This document shows, piece after piece, positions 36,201 to 48,047 of a stretch of 64,000 bases of DNA. Each line of letters opens with the position of its first letter. Positions within the stretch are counted from its first letter, which is position 1. A model generated the notes under the pieces. That model was not told the DNA's origin. It saw only the letters and a program-made list of their open reading frames with translations, and did not search any database. The stretch lies in NCBI GenBank assembly GCA_002104905.1, contig MCFE01000041.1:1-64000 (forward strand), read 5' to 3'. A program made the position numbers and the translations under genes. Origin of the DNA: Basidiobolus meristosporus CBS 931.73 (taxonomy: Eukaryota > Fungi > Basidiobolomycota).

Positions 36201-39200
36201 GATGCAACTGGCTTGGCTCCTCCTCAACCTCCTCCTCCTCTTCTTCCTCAGGCTCTGCCGTGGTGGTTGGAGCGGCGTCCGTTTGTGGCTCATTGGCTGG
36301 CTTGGGAAGCTCATACGAAGCATTGGTAAGATCGAAGTGGAAGTCCTCCAAAAGGGCAACCACCACTCTGACCAGGATCTTTTCAAGCGTAGGCTTCTTG
36401 GGGATCAGCTTAAGGTATTGTCTAATCATAGCATAGTACGGGCCCCAAGGCAGCTGCTTGCTAAGCACACCCAACGCGGTAACCGTCTCGTTGATCAGGT
36501 TGTGGTCAGTGATCGTATCCGATTCGAAGATGAAATGCGACAAAAGAGGAATGAAGATTCGAGTGATGTTGTTGGGCTTGATCTTGCCAGCCTGGCACTC
36601 TCCAGCCAAGCGGGCAACTGCTCTTATTCTACGATGAAGCTGGATATGGTGAATGTTGTTGAAGAAGCTGGCTTCCTCGTCTCCGTCGGCCAGCAGGCAA
36701 GCCATATCGGATATCTCCTCGAGCTCAGGACGAACTCTGATTGCATGGGCGAGGATCGTGAGGAACTCCACTCGGATCAACTCCTGTCGAGACTTCATGC
36801 CCTTTCTGATGGCGGGGAAGACGACGTGTGTGAGCAAATTGTGGAATTTGCCATAGAGCTCGGGGTCTTCAATACCAATGGTACGATCGACGAATTTGGT
36901 CAACGCGAACGATGCGTTGTTGCGAATGGACATTTCCTCCGGATCCTGGACAAAATAAATGAGATTGTGCAAGATGGGAAGCCATTGATCAGGCGTAAAC
37001 TCGAGGTAGGTGGTTTGTGTAAGGGTTCCGAAAGCAGCCAGCCTTCTATCAAAGTCGGGCTCATCCAAGCGAGTGGCTGAGAACGAGTTGAGCTCGGTGA
37101 TTAGCTCCACAACCGGCTTGAGCTTGGGATCAAAGGAGGAGAATGTTGTGAGTACCTCGGCTAAAAGTACACGACAATCTCTGGACTCCAAGTTGGAGAA
37201 CATGAGTGAGATGAATGAGTAATAGCGAGTGTACAAGGTCCCGAGTTCCTTGAGCTCGGCAATCAGCGGAATGAAGTTCTTCATAATAAGCAGAATGTCC
37301 GCCTTTGTTTTTTCGGGCACCACTCTGACTGGCTTCTTAAGACTTGGAAGCAAGATATCCACCAATTGGCGTGCTTGCTCTCCTTGCTTAACATAGGCCG
37401 CTATCTGAGATAGAATGAAGATCTGTCTCTTGGAGAATTGGTCCTTACCAAAAGCAACGTTCTCGCTGGCCACAGTAATGATGTGACCAATGTTGTTCAG
37501 AAGATCATCGACATAAGGCAGGATGATGTATTCAGCAAGATTTTGCTTCTCATTTGTGCTGGGCTCTGTGTACATGGACAAGATGTCTTCAATGATCTCC
37601 AATACAGCGGAGATCACGGAGTTTTGAACCTTCTTGGCTGACAAGCATCCGAAAACACCTCTCAGGAGCTCTTTGTCGTAATCGACTAAGAAGCTGACAT
37701 ACTCCACGCGTTTGGCCCAGATGATGAACAAGTCCATAAGAGCGGTGGGCGCCTGGGAGTTTTCAACGGCAAATTTGGCAATTCGAGGAGTGATCGCAAC
37801 TTGGAAAATATATGGCAAGTAAGGCAAGTAGTCAAAAGTAGCGCTAAGTTTGAAGAACCCGCCAAGGCGCTTAACACTGAGCTGTCTGATCTCCTTGCGA
37901 TGCAGAATATCGATAGTCTCGAGCTCCTCCTCATCTACGGAACGGGAAGCGTCAGTAAGCATATACAGGACGGCCTTCAACAGCTCCGGAATAAACGGAA
38001 GAACAAATGAAGCCAGTTGCTTGAGAACGTCTTCGAGATTGTGAAGGAAACCGATTTGCTTTCTGACTGGCACCATGGCAGTGACATTGAAATTGGTATC
38101 TGGCTCGAATTTTCCGTTTACTATGTCCGGTGTAGAACTCAAGCATTCGAACGGCTCAAGCATCAACTTGACAAACTCGTGAAGTTCCTCTTCATTCAGA
38201 TGGGCAATTGTCTGAAGAACAGCGGTTCTGCGGGCAGCCATCCCGAGCTTGGAAGACACCTTGCCTTTCCTGGCGATCATACGGCCGTAAAGAATCCGAA
38301 CAAGGAAGGGGATGAGCTCCGCACGGTGAGCGGCATCAACGCTACCACTCTCCCGATCCAACGAAAAAGTGGAAAGCTCATCACGGAACTTGATGTCGTC
38401 CAGGAGATTTCTTAAGTTATCCGCGTAGGGAGTGACTTGAGGGGTTTTCCAGGTGAGCAAGCACTCCAGCGCCAAAAGCTGGATTTTCGCATCACCTCGG
38501 GCGAGAAGAGAAAGGTAAATGGTCTTGAGCTCTGCCGATTTGTATACACTCTTCGGATTCTTGAACTTGGCGAAGAGTTGCAAATAAAGGTTCATCTTGT
38601 GCTTGGTGGCTTTTGTGGAATGCTCCAGGACCAGTCCTTTGTCAGGCTTCTCATTGGCTTCCCCATCGACATCCATCTCGGCATCGTCTTCCTCGGCATT
38701 CTGTCCGTGTAACTGGATCTGCTCGAAGACTGCCTCGTACTCCTCTTTGACGAACTTCATGAACACAGGGACTAAGCTTCGAGAATGCTGCTCCGCAATT
38801 TGGGGCACTTCTCCCAACGTCTTGACGATCAGACTATAGTAATTCCAATAATCCAAGTGGTCTTTGGTGGGCTCCCAGATCAAGATAAACTCCATAAGGA
38901 AGCTCTTGGCGAGATCAGTCTTCACAAAGGATTGGCCAATCTCGAAAGCTTTATGAAGCTTTTGAACCGAAGGGCAGCTGAATGACAGGCCGCCACTTTC
39001 CACTGGCTTGAATGCCACCTCGAAGTGATGCATATCGGCAACGTATTTCATGTACGCGTCATTGGCAGATGGGGTTAGGCCACTCTCCAATAACCGCGAT
39101 TCCTCCTCAAACTTGGAGAACTCGTTATGGAAGATATTCCAGAAAGTGTGTCCGTCTACCTTGGCGAATTTGGCAGCAAGAGCAATCGCCTCGGGCCAGA

Positions 39201-42200
39201 TGAGACTCAGATTAATAGTAAAGAGACCTGAAATAACGAGTTGATTAAAATGGGGGCTGGCTGTACTCATGAGGCTCTTAGTAATTACCTAGTGCAAGAC
39301 GTGGAGCAACCTCCTTGTAGAATTCGGGCATCCGACCGTTCTCTACCATCAATGCCACACGACGAACATACATTAACTTGTCACGATAGGTTTGAAGATC
39401 ATTGGAAACTTGCTCAATGATCAAACATTGGTTGAATACCTAGAGGTACAGAGACGCCAACTATCAATATTTTTCCTGGGTGGAAGTAACTTGTGTTTGA
39501 CTTACATCGCACTCTTCCAACTGTCCTTTGTCACTAGTCTTCATTTTGAACTGTTCGAACATGCTCAAAACCTCGAAAGTGTAAAGTCGTTTTCTTTGGT
39601 ACACAGAGCTGATGTTAGATAGCAGGCTAGGGTAGACCTTCTCTAGTGCTTTGACAGAAAGATGGCTCTTGCAGGCGGGGCTAGAGATAATCATTAATAT
39701 GGTCGGTCACCAAAGCATGCCTCTTGTACATTAAATTTACATACCTGTTGCGAACCGCCCTAATGTAAGAAGCCACCCCCTTGACAACGAGCTGGCAAGT
39801 TCCATGAGGAATCAAGATTTCGTCAAGCACCAACTCGATGATGGTGGAGAGGGACTCTACACCTTTATCCCCGTGCTTTTGGGCAACCATAACAAGAGCT
39901 GACAAACCGTGGCCTAGAAGGGATTCAATGGAAAGTGCGGAGTCACCCTGTGAAATGCTGCCTTTCATGGTCTCCTTGTTAGTCTTGTCGGATGACAAAA
40001 AGGCGACAAGATGGTCAATCAAGGCTTTGATCGAGGTGAAGGCTTTGTCAAATGGCATGGAAACAAATGGGATGACATCCAATGCGGCCGAGACTAGGGT
40101 AATATCAAGAAGCTCATTGGACTAATAAAGATTCAATCGATAAGTACATGTGCGAACTAGCATTAATGGCGAAGACACTTACCTCTTCGCAGTCGATCTC
40201 ATTGAATTCTTTCACATCCTTCGACCAGGCCCTATCCTTTCGAGTAATTTCCAACAAGCCATCGGCTAGTGAAGCTTGCTCCTTGTTGGGTAGTTTGGGG
40301 AATCGGATCCTACTATCTTGTGTCAAAACGGAGGAGATTAACCCGTCAGAAAGGGCCAAAACCTCGTGCTTGATCAGGTAAGATAACAATAGAATGATTT
40401 CCACGGAGTTGGTGCTCCAGACACGAGAGGAGAAGCTAGCTCACTACGGGTTAGCATTCATTCCGAAAAAGAGTTGCCGTTCAGGCATTTGGAAAACCTA
40501 CTTCACAATGTATGGCAATAAGATTTGAGTGTAATGCTTCCATTCGAAACGAGCCAAGGCAAAGCAAAAAGAAATCACGGGGATGGGATTCTACAATTCC
40601 ACAGACATTAGATAGGCTCTATGACGAATACAGAGATGGGCGCTTACGTGATACTGGAAGACCATGTCTAAGATCACCTTTCCCTTGGACAAGGTATCTT
40701 CTAATTTTCCCTTCACCAGGGTGGAGGACACCAGCTTTAGCAACTCCTCAATAGCAAAGGATGGGCATTCGCTGGAGGAATCGACCAGCAACGCTTTACA
40801 AGCGCTCTCGGTAACGGTGTGGACATGAGGGAAATCTACATCGATGGATGCTCATTAGAAAGCAGGGCCAGGAGTGAGCGGATTCCTTGGTACATACCGA
40901 TAACCTTGCTTCCTTTTCTGATAGCCACGAGTAAATTGAGGATCGCCAGCAGCTTGCCCAGCTTGATTTTTTCCTGAGACTTGCCCGCTTCGATGTCCTT
41001 GAGACACTGTTCGGTTTGGCCAAGAATAAGATCCCACACGGGGGAGATGTGCTCTTTCTTGACGTAGTGCGCGATCAAGGTATAAACGTTGATCACCAAC
41101 TTGAACAAAGGATCTTGATCTGAAAGAAGAGATTAAAACTAGTGGCCACAGGATCGAGGAAAACGCCACTTACACAGATCGTCGGACTCAATCTCGCGTT
41201 GGTACAGGAATGTAAGCAACTCCATCAAAATGCTGATACCACGAGAATGAAGGCGATTGTTCACATGCTGTTGGTGGGAGGAGGACAGGGTTAGGTGGTA
41301 GACCAGTAAGTCACGAAGGGGCATGATTCATACCTTGGATGCTTCGTACAACAGAGCACTTATGCCGTGACAATAATCATCGCTGTAATTTCCGACCAGA
41401 CTGGTGACCATATGCGAAATAATATTATGCAAATCATCCCCTCTAGTCTTGCGGATCAGGAAGGAGAACGACTCCGCAGCGAACACTCGGATGTAGGGCT
41501 TCTGCTGGTGTTCACCCAGGAGTGGTGAAAGCAAGCTAGATGGGAGTTAGTGAAGTTCGCCACCGTCTCCTATGAACCAGCCCCTTACCGGAATGTTGGC
41601 CGTAGATCGGCAACTAGTTGTTTGGATAAGTATTTGAACAAGTACGCGATAGCGTTAAATGACCACTGGAAATAGGCGAGCAAGAGGGTTAGAAACCACT
41701 TCGACGGGGCCACTCACAATCATATACACGCAGTCCCACCTCTAATATATTCACATCTCTATGTTTTACAAGGGGAATGATGCAAGCGAGCATTCTTTCA
41801 TAAAAAGGGAAGAACTCTTCTTGGAGATCCTTCGCGAGCATGGTGACCAAACTAGTAATATCACGAGAGTACGGTAAGAACGGGCGTCCCTCGGGGAAAG
41901 AATAAACCAACTCCTCTTACTTCAACATTGGCTCCAATGCTAAACTATCCTCAACACTCAGGTGCTGCTCTAAGATCTCCACCACCCTCTCTTTATGATA
42001 CAATAGTTGAGCAAGACTCTGTGTGTATTTCTCGACGCTCACGTAAAACTCTGCAAAGTGTGTCGTACAATTGAGTTCTCTCCAGGACTGCAAGGCTTCG
42101 TTGAAGAAAGTGTCGGCATCCTGGTTGGCGTTACGCGGTTAGAAGGGGGTCGGGTTGGGGTAAGGTAGGTACTCGAGCGGCACCGTGTACTTACTTCTGG

Positions 42201-42405
42201 TTCCTCCGTAACGGGTCGTACTCGATGGATCACATCGATGTGTAATTTCTCGACTCTAGCTTTAAAGGGTTGATACTGAGGAATGGAGGTTAGAGAACAG
42301 TCACGAACACAGGTCAGGCCACGGGTGGTCCGGGCAGCGTACCTTCCAGCGATTCTCCCCTTCGCCTGTATTTAGCTCTTTAGCGATGATATTATCCTTC
42401 ACCAT
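33286..42405 (-). CDS. UTP20: U3 snoRNP/SSU processome HEAT-repeat protein Utp20
   Basis: Starts MVKDNIIAKELNTGEGENRWK|YQPFKARVEKLHID at 42405. About 14 introns lie in the 5' 3 kb, then a single exon 33286-39227 with RLDEPDFDRRL, EEASFFNNIHHIQLHRR, LQRGYQLHVLGYT, KMKEAKTHKSFESF and FLLDYPQGKGRL motifs. Confidence 0.95.
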
Positions 42406-42818
42406 TCTAGTTTAGCAAAGAGCAAGTCAAACCCCCCTAACAGAATAGGCTGCTTGTCAACTCGCCCAGGCAAACCTAAGAAAGAAAAAAAAAGGCCATT
42501 CAAAAAAAAAAGTTCACCCTCGAAAAATTATTTTTCTATTTCCAGTCCATCCATCACCCATCAACCACCCACATGCAGAGTGGATTTCGGTAGATCGGTC
42601 TATATTAGGCAACTCGTCCCGACGGTTCAGAGAGCCGACGTTTCTTCCGGCCTTGGTGACTGTGGCGACATTCCGAAGTCACAAGAGAGGGGATCAGGCG
42701 TGGTGTGGAAGGCAGTTTATTAGCAATATTCCGATCGTTAACCGTCAGGATAAGGATGTGATAACGAGGTGAAGGTGGGTTTCTGATTCAGCATACGCAA
42801 GGGAAGGGCGAGCCAGAA

Positions 42819-45800
42819 CTAACTGGGCGGCCCATAGATTTTCACGACTGAATCGGCGCCACCGCTTGCAAGCCAGGGCAGCGACTGATGGTAGCGTACG
42901 CAGCATACTCCCTCATCGGACTTTCGACGATGCGAACTGAATTCTTGGAGGCATTTGTACATGGTGGTGTCCCAGATGCGTATTGAAGAATCATGGCCTG
43001 CAAAAAGACAAGATGCTCAGCACAGGTCCAGGTGACCAAAGAAGGGAAATGAACAGCTTACCCCCGGAAACTAGCTGCAGTCCAGTGTGGTTGATATCCA
43101 GGGCAGAGACTGAATCTAAATGGGCAATCATAGAGTGTATGCATTGTCCTGGTGACTCTCGGTCAGTACGCATTGAGGTTGGAGGGCGAGGTGGGGGGAA
43201 TACCTGTATTAATGTCAAAGAAGCGGATGTAACGATCCTCGTGGGCGGAAATCACTAGAGGGAGGGTGGGGTGGGCGACGATCTTGTTGATCTGAGTGGC
43301 GCTGGTGGAATCTGGTTTGATAGAGGTTAGAAAGGCCCTGGGCCCAGGTGTCTAGCTGGTAGAATACCGTAGGTGGCGTCGCTGTTGAAGTTCAACACTG
43401 GCTGACCAGTTTCGATGTCAAACAGCCTGATAATGGAGTTCTGGTAGGCGACTATTAATTTGTTGGGTTCCGAATGGCTAAACTCAATGGATGTAGGGTT
43501 TGTAGTGTATTCTTCTACAGAAGGGGGTTAGGTGCCTGAGGCTGTGCCATGAGTGAATCAACAATGCTTACCCATGATAATGGAATTCCTGCCAACATTG
43601 GTGCCATCGTAGCCGATAGAGCTTCGCAGGTTGGGCAGCCTGTACTCGACGTCCCATATCTTGACTGTTCCATCCGCCGAGGCAGAGGCTAGCTTGTGTG
43701 TGTTCTGCCCAGGAAGAAGTTTAATATCCCAAACGGAGTTGGAATGCCCAGTTAAGACGCTGTAGCACGAAGCGAATCCTACAGAAGTAAACGGTCAAGA
43801 AAGGAGCGAAACACGCCTGAAACAAAGATGTCGCCATATACCGTTGTAGCTATATAAATCTCTGGAGGGTGAGGGAAGGTTCCACACCCGAACGGTGGAA
43901 TCCAGGCTTGAGGAGTAGCATCTACCTGTTTCCGAATCGATCACCACCGCGGTGACAGCCGAGACATGGCCACGGAAATTGGTGTAGGGCTCACACTCCT
44001 GGGCTCTGCCCCAAACACTTAGAATCAGCCAATCCATGATGACAACCGAGGAAAAAGAGGCTCACTTTTTACTGGCGTTCTTACGGAATCGCCATAATTT
44101 CACGATACCATCCTCGGAACCGGATGCAAGGATCGCGTCGTTAGTGTGGAAATCGATCGATCGAATCGTATCCAGATGACTAGACACACGTTAATGGGGG
44201 TACAAAGCTGCATGAATCGAGTGTCTTGCTACCTTCTTAGGGCCATCTTGGGTTTCCAGAGGCGTTCGTCCAGCTCATTTGCCTCACCGGTGCTCTATCG
44301 TGTCGTTGAATGAGATGAAGCAACATAAATGGCTCTCTGCCATCCAACCAACCTCATTCGTCGACGCTTCGTTGCCGTCTAGCGCCCACGTCAGGGAGTT
44401 TAGCTCGTTCGCTGTATCTATATCGGAGGCTCAGTCAAGTGAGTTGAGGCACCAATGCTAGAGCTTACTCAGACCTGCCCCTTCCGCCTTGGCTTTGCTG
44501 TCGTATTTGAGCATCATGTTCGTAAGTCTCTCCGACGAGATATTGTATTGGCTTCGGATTTCCTGGATCTACAATGGCAAGCAGTTTAGTAGGGATCTCT
44601 CTAGACAGCCACAAGCCTATCCACACCAGCTTCTCATCTTCATCCGGATCGATCTCTTGACATATAGACTTTCTATTGGCGAATTTTTCTCTAGTTTGGA
44701 TTCCATGATCATCGTCGTCGTCTCGTTTCTCAAGCGTGTCTAATGGGTCTCCGTCGTACGTTGGAGGGGCCAAAACAGTGATTCTGCGCTTCTTCTTCTC
44801 ATCAGCATCGGCGTCCTTAGGCCGTGGGTTGACTTCATCAAGTAACCCAAGCAACTCCATTGCGGCGGTGAGGTTCTCTCGTCTGTCAATGGGTGACTCA
44901 GTCTTTTCCTCGGCATCTTTGGTGGCTTTTTGTCTTGAATCGCTGAACAGCACTGGGTCCGGCTTTAGAATAGATGTCTCAGATTGCGAGCGTGGCCTTG
45001 TGAGGATAGCGACATTCTCAGCGGGTGGGTGCTGGTGATTGTCCGGCTTGTTGGAATCCTGGTATGAAGCCTGCTGCTGTCTTCCATCCTCCTTGAGCAC
45101 AGGCTCAGCCACCGCGTTCGGAGTGGTGGATATATCGCTCAGGTAGGTTACCTCTTGCAGGCATCTAGAGTGAGGTTGTTAGTACCAGGAACACCCAGAA
45201 TAGAATGGATGCTGGCATTGACTGACGATTTCAAGATATCTCGAGATTTGGCTTTGGACTTGGTGTTGTCTTTTGTGTTGAAATGCGAGTAGAGTGAGGG
45301 TGAGGATAAAGATTGCGTGAGCGAAGCTACAAAAGAGTTCGATTGTAAATGGTTCATTTTCGCCTGGGTGAAGTGGTGTTACCCTTGATGTCGCCGTTTA
45401 TCGTTTCATTCTTTGTTTTTGGAAGCGTCGAGGGACCAGAGAGTGTGACTTCCTTTTCTGAATAAGCCAACCGCCCAATAGGAGATTTACCGATAGAGTT
45501 GAGCTCCACGTACTTATTTCTATGGGTTATGGTGGTGGTATTTGAGTAACACAAAGTGAGGTGACAAGACGTAAGGAACTACCCACCTCTCTTTACGTAA
45601 GGCGAACTCAAGCATTTTTACTCTCCGCATTAAATCAGCTTTGATGTTTTCGATTCCGCGTCTTTCCCCTTCAAGTAAGGCGATACGTGCCTGACGAGAG
45701 ATAAATCGTCACTCAAGGGGAAGAATTGAAGGAAACAGAAAAGCGAATCATTGGATCGACTTAGAAAGGGGCGCGCTAGCTCTAGATAATACTAAGGGAA

Positions 45801-46079
45801 TAATCAAGCGTAAGAAGGGCTATCTAAGCCTATCCGTACCTTCATGGCGGCCTTCTCAACCTCCCATTCGTTCCTGTCTTTTTCGAACCTCCGCCATTCT
45901 ACCTGAAGAAAGTGAAGGACCCCCGGTAAAGTAAATTCCGTGTCCAAGGAAGGCTAGAAAGTGCTGCGATTAATATTTAAGGAAGTAGGGGAAGTGACAC
46001 GAGCCGAACAACTAAGAGCTAGACTCTACGAAAAACTAGGCAGAAGGCTACTTACTTGCATCTTTGTACTCATCGACAT
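42819..46079 (-). CDS. FAR8: Striatin / Far8 / Csc3 (STRIPAK WD40 scaffold)
   Basis: N-terminal [54 protein letters not shown] coiled coil. C-terminal WD40 repeats ([56 protein letters not shown]). Confidence 0.93.
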
Positions 46080-46669
46080 GAGTGCAAACGTAGCTGTGTA
46101 AAAGTGCGAGACTGTTCAAAGTATCAGATATCCCAGTTGAGAAAGTTAATCACATTACAATGTGTACAATCTCTATAATGCTTGGGAATCAAAATGTCTC
46201 TTGATCTCTCCGACGGGCATTGTTGATTGAGCAGGTTGATCTCGTCTTGTTTAATTCAGCGTTAGTTTAAGCAAGTAGACGGCCCTTCGATTTCTAACAA
46301 GATTCGAAAAATGCTATGATGAATGTCAGCAAAGGCGATCAACACCCATTGGTCATGATGAACCATGTTTTGTCACCAGGCAAGTCTTACCACTAACCAT
46401 GACTGAGTCCATAGACATTAGCAACTTGCTTATCGTATCTGGAGACTACACTACGTGCGAATGGTGCTTGCGAACTGATCGTGTAATGTGAGGATTTTTC
46501 GCATATAAAATCCTAGTATCTATTTGGTGATCAGATAGACTACGGACGATGTAGTGTTGGTTTTAATTCTACCTTACCATTCCCACTGGTGTATACTTGT
46601 TATAAAATGAATAGAGGATGGCATTGGAGTTGCATTCTCTGCGCGCCTTTGCTAACCCATTTTCGCTAC

Positions 46670-47890
46670 ATGACCATGCTAAAGTCAAGCTAATATACTA
46701 ACTAAGAATGCTACGGCTGGGGTAGCCAGACCCTTGTCCTCCTTCAATGCTATGCAAAGACGTTTAAACTCCACCACCACCGATACTAACACTTTTCGTG
46801 TGAGTATACATCTGCGTAGATAATATAGCATTGTCAGATACTTGACCATAGATTTATGCTTCTGGGATCTGAACTACGCAAACTGCCGAACGACAACCCG
46901 AAAGAGTTGGTTCCTAATCAGGAGTTGGTTTTCGGATATACCTTCACTGACAACATGCTGATGGTGGAGTGGGAAGCCCGCAATCCAACCCTACGGCAAA
47001 ATCTCACTGGACCCTAGCGCTTTCGTGTTCCATTATTAGTTGGAGGTAAGGCCTGAGTGATCGACCGACTCCCGCATGAATCATTGCTTACCTGTGACCT
47101 AGTGTTTCGAAGGAATAAAGGCGTATAAAGACAAGCAGGGATACCAACGAGTTGACCGAATGTATCAAAGAGCTCGTTCGTACCGACATCAGGTGGATCC
47201 CGTCGGAACGCGGCTTTCCATGTATATCCGACCCACCGTGATCAGAACCTCCGAGTTCATCGGAGTGGGCCCCAATGATCGGGCTATTCTGTTCGTCATC
47301 TGTTGCTCTGTGGGGTCATACTACAAGTCCGGATTCAAGGCGGTCTCCCTTCAAGCCACCACTGACCGAGCGCGTGCCTGGCCTGGTGGCACTGGCGACT
47401 CAAAGATCGGCGCCAACTACGCGCCAGGCATTCTCCCTCAAATCAGCGCAGTCAAGGAGGGATACCATCAGAACCTGTGGTTGTGCGGAGAGAATGACCA
47501 GTTCGTCGAGATGGGCACCATGAACTGCTTCGTCTTCCCCAAGAATGAGCAGGGCGACACCGAGCTTGTCCCACCTCCTCCCAACGGATCGATCCTGCCC
47601 GGGGTCACCAGAGACTCCATCCTGGGTCTGGCCAGGGAGTTCAAGGTGAGCGATCGGGAAATCACCATGTCCGAGATTGTGAAGGCCCAAGAGGAGGGCC
47701 GGCTTATTGAAATGCTCGGTATCGCCTGTGTGCCCTATCAGGAATATCGGCTACCAGGGTAAGCAAATGAAGGTCCCCTTGGATCCCAACTCACAGGCCG
47801 ATCCGGTGACCAGACGTCTCAACGATACATCGCTGACCATTCAGCACGGCGAGATTGAGCATCCCTGGTTGGATCCTTTCAGTGTGAATA
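46670..47890 (+). pseudogene. BAT1: Mitochondrial branched-chain amino acid aminotransferase pseudogene
   Basis: Presequence-like exon frameshifted after MTMLKSS. ELVFGYTFTDNML..PYGKISLDPSAFVFHY*LE has an in-frame stop. CFEGIKAYKD is followed by deletions, then YIRPT..AWPGGTGDSKIGANYAP..ILPGVTRDSIL. FGAGTA motif is damaged and there is a late frameshift. Two introns retained. Confidence 0.88.
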
Positions 47891-48047
47891 ATAAACATCA
47901 ATTCTCAAACGATTTTATTCTATATAATGCAGCACCGAAAAAGGTCGTCATTCCTGCTGAGGTATAGATAGGGTGGAGGGGGGGGGGGGTAAGGATGGAT
48001 GGCTTGGTTGAATGGTAAAAGTACAAATTGCAATATGAAGTCTAGAA

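Noticed and set aside
35449-37080. 543-aa ORF on the + strand
   Set aside because: It is antisense to the UTP20 terminal exon, explained by GC3-rich codon bias, and has no recognisable motifs.
45952-45990. TTCCTTAAA branch-like sequence in striatin intron 1 as a possible U12 intron
   Set aside because: The donor is a standard U2 GTAAGT and the branch motif deviates from the U12 consensus.
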